The translations under genes were made by a program, and so were the position numbers. Below, in pieces: positions 18,102 to 27,377 of a stretch of 64,000 nucleotides of DNA. Under the pieces are notes generated by a model. It saw nothing but the letters and a program-made list of their open reading frames with translations. It did no database searches and was not told where the DNA came from. Numbering within the stretch: the stretch's first letter is position 1; the number at the start of each line of letters is the position of its first letter. The stretch lies in sequence record MN871449.1. One strand, 5' to 3'.

Positions 18102-19829
18102 ATGAACTATTATTACATTGATCCTACCGTATCAGTGAACGGTACAGGGACAAAAGACTCACCATTTAAAACGTTTTCTGCATTGATTGCACAAGGTTTC
18201 AGTCACCCTTGTACTATTGCACTAAAAGCAGGGACAACTATTTATGAGAACGTTAATTTTGGCTTAACCTCTTTGTACAACACAACGGGGACCATGTCTT
18301 ATATTACAAGTTATGGGACTGGACCAAAACCAAAATGGATTAACACAGACTATTTTAAAGCTGCCACTGCGCTCGATGGGTATAGCTATCGTGCAATGCA
18401 TTTGACCGCACGTAAGGTACAAAGCGTTACCGTCAGCGGAATAGAGTTTTATACCCGAAACAATCTTGTTTCGGTCGATAATAACAGTAGCTGTTTTATT
18501 TGGTTTGAATTGCCACCGGTAACTGTGGAAACTGATGTCGACGTATGGATTGATAATTGTAAATTTATTAGCGATCCGATTGGCAGAAGCGGAAATCATA
18601 AAGACTATGATTCCGCCGTCAATATACGTTTAGATGGTGCCGCCACAAATAGGGCGAATGTTTTTGGTGTCAGAAATTCTTCATTTTTCAATGTAGCGAG
18701 ATCCATTAACATCGTAGGGAACCATTGGAAAGCAGATGATATTACTGACAACTCTAAAGGGACGTATTATTCTCGCGGGGTCAAAGTAGAGAATATTGAG
18801 ATGACAGGAATCTCAAAAGGAGGCTGTCAGTTTGCTGGCGTGGAGTCTTTAAACTCCGCCTACGTTGTGGACAAATATCAGTCAGTCATGCGGAATATTA
18901 CGTATTCAAAATACCGATGGGATAACGCGTTAGAGAACACTGAAACGCTATATGCCGATGCGGGGTTTTGGACATGGCGTTGTAATCGAATCATGATTGA
19001 AAATATTTTCGGCGGTGGTATGCACCCTTCGGTTACAGATAATGAAATCATTGATTTTGATTACTGTACGTGGGATTCTGTGGCAAGAAATATCATTGGC
19101 TTCAATAATGGCGCCTCAATTCTATTTATGGGCAATTCTTCTACAAGTGTACAAGGTGGAGCACGAGCGGCGTACGCCCCCTATTCGGGCACTTATACAC
19201 AGGCGCAATGGTTCTACGATCGAAGGAATGGCCAAGGTAACAATGTTGTTGAGTTTTCGTTCTTTTTCAATGACGGTATTCAACGATTACCATATCCTTC
19301 TTCCGGTTACGACTATTGCACCAACATTCGTTCTGGTAACATTAATTACAACAATGTGGTCAGGAACTGCGTCTTTATTGACACCGTTTCTCGAACCAGT
19401 AAATATCTCGCTAGTAATAATAATTTCCCGTTGTTACAGGGTGAAGTTCCTCGATTAGTTATTCAGGACTCGGTCTATTACGCCAGATATAATGACGGTT
19501 TAAATATTCTTAAACCTATAACAGACACGGTCAATTACAGTAAAGCAGCCACTGTTTTAACTAACGTTGTTGCTTTTTCACAAGTATGGTCAGCAGCTGA
19601 CATTACAGCCGCCGCTGCCGCCGTGCAATTAGCAGGAACGTGCACCAATGTTAATATTACCGATCCTAAAATCGGTTATATTCCATCTCAACCACCAGTG
19701 TCCGTTGCAAGTGCAAGAAAGATTAAAACTATGCCAGGTACTGTTTTGAAAGGGTCGGGATCTAATACTACCACCACCGATATCGATGGGAATTTTATTA
19801 ATGATATTTGGTGGATGAAAATTACTTAA
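18102..19829 (+). CDS. Anchorless right-handed beta-helix (polysaccharide lyase-like) protein
   Basis: Begins directly with YYIDPTVSVNGTGTKDSPFKT (Pel9/DUF1565-like entry motif); DNEIIDFD and FNN beta-helix repeats. Confidence 0.75.
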   Translation: MNYYYIDPTVSVNGTGTKDSPFKTFSALIAQGFSHPCTIALKAGTTIYENVNFGLTSLYNTTGTMSYITSYGTGPKPKWINTDYFKAATALDGYSYRAMHLTARKVQSVTVSGIEFYTRNNLVSVDNNSSCFIWFELPPVTVETDVDVWIDNCKFISDPIGRSGNHKDYDSAVNIRLDGAATNRANVFGVRNSSFFNVARSINIVGNHWKADDITDNSKGTYYSRGVKVENIEMTGISKGGCQFAGVESLNSAYVVDKYQSVMRNITYSKYRWDNALENTETLYADAGFWTWRCNRIMIENIFGGGMHPSVTDNEIIDFDYCTWDSVARNIIGFNNGASILFMGNSSTSVQGGARAAYAPYSGTYTQAQWFYDRRNGQGNNVVEFSFFFNDGIQRLPYPSSGYDYCTNIRSGNINYNNVVRNCVFIDTVSRTSKYLASNNNFPLLQGEVPRLVIQDSVYYARYNDGLNILKPITDTVNYSKAATVLTNVVAFSQVWSAADITAAAAAVQLAGTCTNVNITDPKIGYIPSQPPVSVASARKIKTMPGTVLKGSGSNTTTTDIDGNFINDIWWMKIT

Positions 19830-19847
19830 TCTCGATTCTTTTTCACA

Positions 19848-19857
19848 TCTATATTAC
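19848..19857 (+). promoter_or_regulatory. Early promoter-like motif TCTATATTAC
   Basis: Matches the phiKZ early consensus TATATTAC; one of 7 intergenic copies. Confidence 0.65.
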
Positions 19858-19869
19858 AATTGTGAAGAG

Positions 19870-19982
19870 GAAATAAGACACCCTCCGATTACTCCTATTT
19901 AACCGTTTCTCACAGTGCCGGTTAATAACGAGACATTCATTTTAATTTATAAGTTCGGGGACTTCGGTCCCTGTCTTATTTC
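19870..19982 (+). ncRNA. Candidate structured RNA / 5' leader (three-stem)
   Basis: P1 GAAATAAGACA(19870-80)/TGTCTTATTTC(19972-82); P2 TTAACCG(19899-905)/CGGTTAA(19919-25); P3 GGGAC-TTCG-GTCCC; directly after an early promoter motif. Confidence 0.4.
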
Positions 19983-19999
19983 ACCTTTAAGGGTCAACT

Positions 20000-20245
20000 A
20001 TGTTTACTCCCCGTATAGCGCTCTTAGAGAGCCTACAAGAGACAATCTCATTCGTCCCTGACGAGAACCTACCTTTATTAAACGAAGCCGCACTGTTGCT
20101 CTCAGAGCTTCTCCCGCCGTGGGACAATAAAGCCGCTTACATCACCCCCGTAGAAAACGCACTCACTGGCGCCCATCAATTCGGTAAAATCGTAGAAGAT
20201 CATTTCTACCCTGCCGAAGACATCCTGAAAAACAATATAGACTAG
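20000..20245 (+). CDS. Hypothetical protein (81 aa), probably early
   Basis: Downstream of a TCTATATTAC motif and structured leader; SD AAGGG; ends at a terminator. Confidence 0.65.
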   Translation: MFTPRIALLESLQETISFVPDENLPLLNEAALLLSELLPPWDNKAAYITPVENALTGAHQFGKIVEDHFYPAEDILKNNID

Positions 20246-20276
20246 AAAGGAAAGGGGACTAACCCCTTTCCTTTCT
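20244..20276. terminator. Bidirectional terminator between convergent genes
   Basis: AGAAAGGAAAGGGG-ACTAA-CCCCTTTCCTTTCT. Confidence 0.75.
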
Positions 20277-20284
20277 GTGTTCTT

Positions 20285-20497
20285 TTAAGCGTCGATCGTG
20301 TCTACTACGTGCAGGAAACCGTCGGTGTCTTTGGCCAGAAAACGACCGATTGCTGGTTTATGTTTCTGGACAAACCAATCCAGAAATGTTTCGTTTGCCC
20401 CGTCTTCGAAAATGAGCGTGACCGCATTCGGGTCAATTTTACTGCGGGTAATCTCAACAATCTTTTGCGCTGTGGTGGGAATGATTGAATAGTTCAT
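20285..20497 (-). CDS. Hypothetical protein (70 aa)
   Basis: Converges with 20000..20245 on a shared bidirectional hairpin; AAGG upstream; WFVQKHKPAIG motif typical of small phage proteins. Confidence 0.6.
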   Translation of the reverse strand: MNYSIIPTTAQKIVEITRSKIDPNAVTLIFEDGANETFLDWFVQKHKPAIGRFLAKDTDGFLHVVDTIDA

Positions 20498-20618
20498 CGC
20501 TACTTATGCCTTGTTCATTTTAGGTGTTAACATAGCAATATACCGCCTGTTTTTCTTGACTACCCCAAATCTATTTTTAAGTAAACTTTCTATGATAACG
20601 ACCAATAAGGAAGACAAG

Positions 20619-20948
20619 ATGCAGGTTATTACAAGAGAAACGATTCTCAATGTGTTAATGAAAGAATGGCAAGAAAAGGTGGGTCGAGTACTCTTTAAAC
20701 TCCGCGACACTTACCCTGGTAACAACTGCGATTTACTGGGACGACAACTCATTGTTGCACTCAATCTGAAAACCGGCACATCCGGAATGTACAACGGTGT
20801 TCTTTACAACGTGGTTGGAAAACTCACCAACGACACAACTCTGACGCTTTACTTTATACAACCCCATGCGGCGACTGAGCTGATCCCTGTCGATCTGACT
20901 GTCGTTGACGCACTCTTTATTAAACGCACCCAGGAGGACTGGAAATGA
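20619..20948 (+). CDS. Hypothetical protein (start corrected to MQVITRE)
   Basis: SD AAGGAAG; TATG motif at 20591; stop overlaps the next start. Confidence 0.7.
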   Translation: MQVITRETILNVLMKEWQEKVGRVLFKLRDTYPGNNCDLLGRQLIVALNLKTGTSGMYNGVLYNVVGKLTNDTTLTLYFIQPHAATELIPVDLTVVDALFIKRTQEDWK

Positions 20949-21352
20949 CAAATCGCACTATCCTGAAATTCAGTACCGACGAAGAGACTTTCGAAGTCAT
21001 CGACAACGACGGTCGTCCGGTTGACCCACTCGACCTTTCTGAAACATTAGAAAGTGTCAACGAACAGTTAGGGTTTGAACTCTATAAAACGGATGTCAAC
21101 GATAAGACCGCTGACGGCGAAGAACTCACGGTGGTTGCCGTTACTGAGAATGACTCAGGGGCGGTGACCGAAACGCTGATCGAAGAAGGGAACAACGTCT
21201 TTGCTGCTACACTGGCTGAGAAAGGCTGGTTCATGGAAGAAGCTGACAACAAGATCATCGATGAACTTGACGACAGCGAGGAAGAGGATTGGGACGACTA
21301 CGACGATGACGATTACCAATCTGTACCGGAAGACTTCGAAGACGATGAATAA
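20945..21352 (+). CDS. Highly acidic protein (46 D/E in 135 aa)
   Basis: Counted 46 D/E versus 7 K/R; acidic C-terminal tail. Confidence 0.8.
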   Translation: MTNRTILKFSTDEETFEVIDNDGRPVDPLDLSETLESVNEQLGFELYKTDVNDKTADGEELTVVAVTENDSGAVTETLIEEGNNVFAATLAEKGWFMEEADNKIIDELDDSEEEDWDDYDDDDYQSVPEDFEDDE

Positions 21353-21356
21353 TTCC

Positions 21357-21388
21357 CAGGAGAAGAGAGCAGACGCTCTCTTCTCCTG
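21357..21388 (+). terminator. Intrinsic terminator
   Basis: CAGGAGAAGAGAGC-AGAC-GCTCTCTTCTCCTG. Confidence 0.8.
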
Positions 21389-21460
21389 TTGTCTCCTTCT
21401 CGCGCTTTTCTTTTTTGTCCCAAAACCTTTCTATGACTCGTACTTTAACCGCCCCGTATA

Positions 21461-23521
21461 ATGAGGGATGAATTGAAAATGGTTGATTTAAAACAGACCC
21501 CAAAACAGATTGCCGTTGACCTGATTAACGAAGCAAACGGGACAATGTACACGACTTCGTCAATCTCGTTAGGTACACCCGCAGTTAACACCACCGTCGT
21601 TAACGGATTGAATACGACGATTAACGTCACTAACGGCTCGTCCCTACAATCGCTCGGTGTAACATTACAGTATAATCGCCTGAGCTTTAAAACGCTATTG
21701 GCCCGACCTTATTGTCAACTGGAAGACTATAACCTTTCTCGTATCGTTGATTTAATTCCGTACCTGAACGAGAAATACCAACTCGCCCTAACTACCACTG
21801 ATCTTGTAGATGGCCCGTATCGCCCCGACGACATTGCCACTGGCGTCAGAAAGATCACAGTCAGCGTGGTAGATAACCACCTCGTGTACACCGGTAGCGT
21901 AACTATCTATCTCGGCAAACAAGAGGCGGTTTACCAGTATTTCAATGCGTTACAGTTTACCGTGGGAAGTGACTATAACACCCTCAGCTTTTTAGGCGGT
22001 CACTGGAAACTGGCTGGGAAAGACATCGTTGACGTCAGCCGTACTATTTCGCAACGTTCCGGGTTAACTGCGCTTTATCTTTCTCCTACTGGGAATATTA
22101 TCCCGGCAATCGACTATCACCCAAACAGCAAGAACACGTTGATAGGACGCTTCCGCAATGGTCGTCTACTGGAGACCTTAGGAGTCAACGGTGAAACGTC
22201 TTACGACGCCACGGGTAACTTGCTTCCTAAAGTGCCGATGTTACCGTCTCAACTTGCAGTGATCCCTGAAACGTTAGGATTGACAGCGTCCTTGAATGAA
22301 GGGACGTTGACCTACTCTTTGGGCTTCGACGTCACCAGTAAACGTGCCGGTACAGGTACAGTGGTCTTCGTTGATATTAAAGACGGTTCCGATACCAATG
22401 ACGGTTCGACCGCAGCGACCGCGTTCAAAACCTTCCGTCGTGCGATAAACAGATTACCTGCTGCCAGAGTTATTCGCGTAAAAGGTTACGCGGATCTTTA
22501 CTACGACGCCGATTCTGGCTGGACACAGACTATCCGCCAACGTACAGTTGACATTATTGGTTACGGGGACGTTAACCCTATCTTTACCTCCACCCGTCAA
22601 AGTACCGATTGGTCAGGGTACGATGCCAACACTTGGTACAGTAAAATCAGTGACATTGCTGCCGTGGTAGACAAAACGGTATACAGTGATGCCGGGTACG
22701 GGAGAATGACTGCTAAGACCTCGATTGCTGACTGTGCGAACACCCCGCACTCTTATTACATCGACAACACCAATAATCGGGTCTACGTTCGATTAACCGA
22801 TAGCCGCAAACCAGACAGTAATGTTTACCTGATTGCAAAAACTCTCTCAGGGTCAGTCGCCGATGCGGGTAACGTGTTCATGGAGAAATGTAATTTTGAT
22901 CTCTCCTACAACGGCTTTATCGCGGACATGACCACACCGAGAACCTACGGATATCTGTACATGAACGCCTGTCGGTTCGGGTGGACGTTCAAGGGTCCAT
23001 CCTTCGGAAGCTACGGTTATAACGTTGCACATCAAGACTGTGTTGCACAATTTGGTTTCAGTGGCGGATTCAGTTACAACAGTGACCGTGTATTACCTGC
23101 GATGAACAGTAAGTATTGGATCGTGGAGAATAGAGCAACGGTCAGCTACTGTGGCTTTGACAGTAACCATACCTCTGCGGCCTCCGGTCTCTCTGCATAC
23201 GGGACAATCCTGCGTCTGAACTCCGTATACAGCCATTGTGACGGTTCTCACGTCAAAGACTCCGGTGAAGGAACGTTCTCGGTGAATATCGCTTGCCAGT
23301 CCAATAACGTGACGAACACGTTGAGTAATCTGGCGCACTTTACCACCGGCGCGAATGCGACGACCACTGCATCGGCTCAGTACTGGAGTTGTAAAGGGGA
23401 TAACTCGGCGTTCTCGTTCATTCCAAACGGAGTAGGGAAAATCGCCCTGTTCGATACCGACATTGGCACTAAACCGGCCACGCAGCTTCTGACCCCGTAT
23501 CAATTCATTTATACCGCTTAA
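21461..23521 (+). CDS. Virion fibre/spike: jumbo-phage N-terminal domain plus beta-helix (paralog A)
   Basis: N-term ..NTTINVT..LQYNRLSF..L typical of phiKZ-like tail-associated paralogs; VFVDIKDGSDTNDGSTAATAFKT beta-helix entry motif. Confidence 0.75.
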   Translation: MRDELKMVDLKQTPKQIAVDLINEANGTMYTTSSISLGTPAVNTTVVNGLNTTINVTNGSSLQSLGVTLQYNRLSFKTLLARPYCQLEDYNLSRIVDLIPYLNEKYQLALTTTDLVDGPYRPDDIATGVRKITVSVVDNHLVYTGSVTIYLGKQEAVYQYFNALQFTVGSDYNTLSFLGGHWKLAGKDIVDVSRTISQRSGLTALYLSPTGNIIPAIDYHPNSKNTLIGRFRNGRLLETLGVNGETSYDATGNLLPKVPMLPSQLAVIPETLGLTASLNEGTLTYSLGFDVTSKRAGTGTVVFVDIKDGSDTNDGSTAATAFKTFRRAINRLPAARVIRVKGYADLYYDADSGWTQTIRQRTVDIIGYGDVNPIFTSTRQSTDWSGYDANTWYSKISDIAAVVDKTVYSDAGYGRMTAKTSIADCANTPHSYYIDNTNNRVYVRLTDSRKPDSNVYLIAKTLSGSVADAGNVFMEKCNFDLSYNGFIADMTTPRTYGYLYMNACRFGWTFKGPSFGSYGYNVAHQDCVAQFGFSGGFSYNSDRVLPAMNSKYWIVENRATVSYCGFDSNHTSAASGLSAYGTILRLNSVYSHCDGSHVKDSGEGTFSVNIACQSNNVTNTLSNLAHFTTGANATTTASAQYWSCKGDNSAFSFIPNGVGKIALFDTDIGTKPATQLLTPYQFIYTA

Positions 23522-23537
23522 CTGGGGCGAATTTAAA

Positions 23538-25607
23538 ATGACAGATTTCTCGTTAAAAAGTAAAGCGCTTCTGGTTCGTCAGCTGAACACGCAGTACGAC
23601 GCCTTTTTTAAAGAAAGCGATTTGGATTTCATCAACCTCACTGCCCTGACGACCGGGAATTTTAACACGCGTATCACCGCGGTAGCGACCGATGCAGGTG
23701 ACTACCGTGATTCAGCAGTCTTTGATTACAACCGGGTCAATCTCAATAAAGTCCTGACCGAGCCCGTGGTGTTCATGTCTACCGCCGGAATATTCACGAC
23801 TGAAGATATTGTTGACCGTTTGAATACGTTGTACGGTCTACAGCTGGACATGACCGATATCAAAATGGAAACCTTCATTCCCACTGCGTTGACGACCACA
23901 ATCGGTGTCTATACATTGAAAGCCGTTGCCAGTTCATTGATGTACATCGGGACACTCGAAGTTTATTTCGGTCAGGAAACCACGATTCGCGATTGGCTCC
24001 GCACCCCGTACCAACTTTATCAGTCAGACGGTAAAATCTTTACGCTCTCCGGGAAGAGCCGAGTTAACGGTGAAAACTTTGTGGTTGGGAAACAAGGGAG
24101 TTTCTCACCGACTACCTCGAATACTGGGGTTATTTTAGGGAATGACGGGTCGTTGTCAATGACTCAAAGTTCGCTACAATCGGGTAATACAGTGGCGCGT
24201 TTCCGCGCTGGGCAATTACTGGAACTGACCGGCCCTTCTTACGAGACCAGTTACGACAGTGCAAATAACTGTTTGCCGGTGGTTCCTAAACTCCCTGCGG
24301 TTTTTGATCCACTCGCTGCGGTCTTCCCTTACGAGGGAGCGTTGGCCCAGGGACTGATGCGATTCTCAACCGACTTTGATCTGAGCGAATGGTACTTCCC
24401 CTACGGGATGGTCTACTACGTTGACTCTGATCTCGGTGCAGACGGGAATGACGGAAGTGAAGCTAAACCACTGAAAACCCTTAACGCTGCGATTGATAAA
24501 TCACCTATTGCCACCAGTATCGTCGTGAAGGGCTCTAAACCGTTCTTCGTTCAACGTACAGTGAATGACCGTAAGATCGGTATCTATGGCACCGGTGGCA
24601 CCGTACCGACCTTTACGGGCGATCTGGGGATCACTAACTGGTCGCTTTACTCCGACTCTAACGTTGTCTATCAATATTTAGCAACGGGTCTAAGTATCGC
24701 CGGTGTCTTTGATTACGGTACGTTAGACAGTAACGGGTTACCTAAACGCTTAGTGGAAGTAGACGGTCCTGCTGCGGTAGTGGCCACAGTAGGAAGCTAC
24801 TGCGTGACGTCCACTGCGATTATTGTTCAGACGTCGAATAGCCGTAAACCTGACAGTAACGTTAAAGTCGTTGTGAGGAACACGGGGCTGAATTTCACTG
24901 GGAACAGTACAATTTACGTCTCCAATGTGAAAGTCTCTGATACCGACATTGGTTTGGGTGCTGAGTCTGTGGCGATCAATGCGAAACCGTCTTTATGGTT
25001 GAAGGGCGTGGAGGTTACCGGAACCTGTTCAACGGCGTGCCTGAACAACTACGGGGCTGAGGTCTTCTCTCAAGATTGCCATTTCAGTAACGGCGGGACT
25101 TACGGTACCTATCACGGCAGTGACCGTCAGACAATTCCGTTGGGGGTACAAGGCACGTTCCTCGAAGTCAGTTGCGTATCCGAGAATCACTTCGGTTCGG
25201 GTAATGGACAAAAACGTGGGTCGTTAGTAGGGCCGGGTGTAATCGGGATTCGATTCAAATCGACTTACCGAAATGTAGACGGTTACCCTATCGAAGAGTA
25301 CGGACTGAATACCTTCGTGGCTCACCTCGAAACGATCGCCAGCGGCAACCAAAGCACCGACAGCATTAAAGGTGCATTGTATGTCGTCGGGAAAGATACG
25401 GTAGGTTCTAACGTTTACGGTAGAGGGGCGTCTTACTTCTACAGCTGTAGTTACGACAACGGCGTGAAGTCCAGCTTCCAAACGTACGGAAGCGGCGAGA
25501 TTCATCTCTACAATACGCCGATCGGTGCGGCAGCACAGTACAGCAAACCTAACCCTTACCGGTTCATTTACACCAGTCGTCAGATTACTGATTACGAAAC
25601 CGCTTAA
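23538..25607 (+). CDS. Virion fibre/spike: jumbo-phage N-terminal domain plus beta-helix (paralog B)
   Basis: NTRIT..FDYNRVNL N-term; YYVDSDLGADGNDGSEAKPLKTLNAAI; shares RFRxGxLLE..ETSYD..LPxVPxLP and SRKPDSNV with 21461. Confidence 0.75.
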   Translation: MTDFSLKSKALLVRQLNTQYDAFFKESDLDFINLTALTTGNFNTRITAVATDAGDYRDSAVFDYNRVNLNKVLTEPVVFMSTAGIFTTEDIVDRLNTLYGLQLDMTDIKMETFIPTALTTTIGVYTLKAVASSLMYIGTLEVYFGQETTIRDWLRTPYQLYQSDGKIFTLSGKSRVNGENFVVGKQGSFSPTTSNTGVILGNDGSLSMTQSSLQSGNTVARFRAGQLLELTGPSYETSYDSANNCLPVVPKLPAVFDPLAAVFPYEGALAQGLMRFSTDFDLSEWYFPYGMVYYVDSDLGADGNDGSEAKPLKTLNAAIDKSPIATSIVVKGSKPFFVQRTVNDRKIGIYGTGGTVPTFTGDLGITNWSLYSDSNVVYQYLATGLSIAGVFDYGTLDSNGLPKRLVEVDGPAAVVATVGSYCVTSTAIIVQTSNSRKPDSNVKVVVRNTGLNFTGNSTIYVSNVKVSDTDIGLGAESVAINAKPSLWLKGVEVTGTCSTACLNNYGAEVFSQDCHFSNGGTYGTYHGSDRQTIPLGVQGTFLEVSCVSENHFGSGNGQKRGSLVGPGVIGIRFKSTYRNVDGYPIEEYGLNTFVAHLETIASGNQSTDSIKGALYVVGKDTVGSNVYGRGASYFYSCSYDNGVKSSFQTYGSGEIHLYNTPIGAAAQYSKPNPYRFIYTSRQITDYETA

Positions 25608-25614
25608 TAGTTTA

Positions 25615-25638
25615 GGGAGAGGGCTACGGCTCTCTCCC
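25615..25638 (+). terminator. Intrinsic terminator
   Basis: GGGAGAGGGC-TACG-GCTCTCTCCC. Confidence 0.7.
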
Positions 25639-25707
25639 GGCTATATTTTTCAACGGCATGCCGACTTTGTTTGATTAATCACCGTAATAACCTAAGAGAG
25701 TTTAAAA

Positions 25708-26295
25708 ATGTCTGAGCCAAAAGAAATCCTGAATTATTTTAAGACCGAAACAGGGGCTATCGTACACCACTCCCAGCTGGGATCTACCGTTGATACTGTT
25801 CAGCGTTTTCATATCGCGGACCCGGATCCGCGTCAGTTCATCCCGGCAGAAATTATCTACCATGACTCGCGCTACGAGACCGAATGGGGTAAACTGGGCT
25901 ACGCGACCCCGGGTTCTGCTGCAGTTGATCTGCGAGCGGCAATCGATGAGCCTCTTGTACTGAATCCGGGAGAATGCAAGATGATTTCCTCCGGTGTTGC
26001 TATTCACCTGAATAACCCGAACTTCATGTTGAATACCCATCCGCGCTCCGGGTTAGGGTACAAGAACGGAATTGTTTTGGGTAACCTGACAGGCATTATC
26101 GACAGCGACTACCAAAATATCATCGGTATTCCCGCCTGGAACCGTTCTGACGTTCCGTTCACTATCAACCCCGGTGACCGTATCGCGCAACTGATCGTAG
26201 TACCGATCTGGCACCTGGACTTGAAAGAGGTGACCGCGTTCAGCGCATCGTCAGAACGCGGAACTAACGGCTTTGGTTCCTCAGGCGTTAAATAA
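25708..26295 (+). CDS. dut: Trimeric dUTPase
   Basis: Motifs GSAAVDL, HPRSGLG, TGIIDSDYQ, GDRIAQL, RGTNGFGSSG. Confidence 0.97.
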   Translation: MSEPKEILNYFKTETGAIVHHSQLGSTVDTVQRFHIADPDPRQFIPAEIIYHDSRYETEWGKLGYATPGSAAVDLRAAIDEPLVLNPGECKMISSGVAIHLNNPNFMLNTHPRSGLGYKNGIVLGNLTGIIDSDYQNIIGIPAWNRSDVPFTINPGDRIAQLIVVPIWHLDLKEVTAFSASSERGTNGFGSSGVK

Positions 26296-26316
26296 GTTCT
26301 AAAGAGGACATTCCTT

Positions 26317-26745
26317 TTGGAAAAAAATAAAAGAGGGCCTTCGGGCCCTCAATTTTATTACATCGAAAGAAAATTCTTTCGAGCGATTGAACATCCAGAT
26401 GTAAAGGGGAGTTGGGTTGTCGTGAATATCAACGGCGCAGTCATTTCTTCTAATGAACTTCCGTTGTGTTATCCGGGGCCGAACGGAAACCTAGCCGATG
26501 CATTAGGTTGTCAGGAATTATTCGCTTATCGTTTTAAAGAAGGTGCAGAAAAAGAAGCAGAGCGTTTAAACAATCGTGTTATTACGGGTTTTGAAATAGG
26601 CTTTGGTAACACTCGATGGAACCAAGCAAAAGTCGTTTTCAATCAAAGCCCGGTATTACAAGTCGCGGCGGGAATGATATTAGCAGGGTTTCTTTTTTCT
26701 GTCGGTTTTCTCATTCAACAGGGGATAACGGTATGGTGGAAATAA
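26317..26745 (+). CDS. Hypothetical protein, C-terminal TM (paralog of next); start uncertain
   Basis: W.V...G..IS.N.LPL.Y motif shared with 26733; the TTG start lies upstream of a terminator hairpin. Confidence 0.6.
   Translation: MEKNKRGPSGPQFYYIERKFFRAIEHPDVKGSWVVVNINGAVISSNELPLCYPGPNGNLADALGCQELFAYRFKEGAEKEAERLNNRVITGFEIGFGNTRWNQAKVVFNQSPVLQVAAGMILAGFLFSVGFLIQQGITVWWK
26333..26350 (+). terminator. Terminator after dut
   Basis: GAGGGCC-TTCG-GGCCCTC-AATTTT. Confidence 0.7.
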
Positions 26746-27137
26746 TAGGTGGGGATATAAAGATAGAAGAGAGTAAGGAACCTAAGTTTTTTGTTCTCGA
26801 AGCAAAACGAAGTCCCGATATTAAACTGTTTCCGCGTACTAGTCCTTCCATTGAACCGAAATGGGCAGTGATAAAAAACAGTGACGGTTATATTCTATCA
26901 CGTAACCTTCTACCGTTAAGATATAAAATGGACGGTTCACTTTACGACGAGAAGGGTATTTCTGACCGGTATGAAAATTACTATTACGAAGTAGAGACGA
27001 TCGTAAGGCGACTCAATGATGGGAAGCCAGCCTTTTCAGCGGGAAAAACAAAAGGAAGTTTTCTACACGATAAATGGGTATTAACCTTCATTATTGCTGC
27101 GTTGGTGGTATTGGGGTCTATCTTTTACTGGTGCTAG
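26733..27137 (+). CDS. Hypothetical protein, C-terminal TM
   Basis: KWAVIKNSDGYILSRNLLPLRY; hydrophobic C-terminus. Confidence 0.65.
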   Translation: MVEIIGGDIKIEESKEPKFFVLEAKRSPDIKLFPRTSPSIEPKWAVIKNSDGYILSRNLLPLRYKMDGSLYDEKGISDRYENYYYEVETIVRRLNDGKPAFSAGKTKGSFLHDKWVLTFIIAALVVLGSIFYWC

Positions 27138-27148
27138 GGAGTAAGAAA

Positions 27149-27376
27149 ATGAACCTTTACTCAACCACTGTTGTCGGGGAGTGGATGTTGCTTTTTGCTG
27201 CTTTACTATTTGCCCTTATGATACTGTCTTTTATTCTTGATCTATTTCGAAGATTACCCCTAAAGAAAAAAATAAACAATTTCGCATTTGTTTTGGGAAC
27301 GACTCTACTGCTGTGGCCGACATTTTTTCGTATCTACGAAGAAGTTTGGTTTTGGATAACTACACCGGGGTTCTAA
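27149..27376 (+). CDS. Small membrane protein
   Basis: SD GGGAG; two hydrophobic segments. Confidence 0.65.
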   Translation: MNLYSTTVVGEWMLLFAALLFALMILSFILDLFRRLPLKKKINNFAFVLGTTLLLWPTFFRIYEEVWFWITTPGF

Positions 27377-27377
27377 A

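Noticed and set aside
424-19458. Short overlapping ORFs on either strand inside the spike genes (e.g., 424..663, 993..1232, 3805..4290, 18997..19458)
   Set aside because: They lie wholly within long coding genes, lack SDs and have no recognisable motifs; shadow ORFs.
19870-19982. Hammerhead ribozyme
   Set aside because: The three-stem shape lacks the CUGAnGA and GAAA core.
1-25607. Diversity-generating retroelement or shufflon acting on the spikes
   Set aside because: No reverse transcriptase, template/variable repeat pair or recombinase seen in the window.
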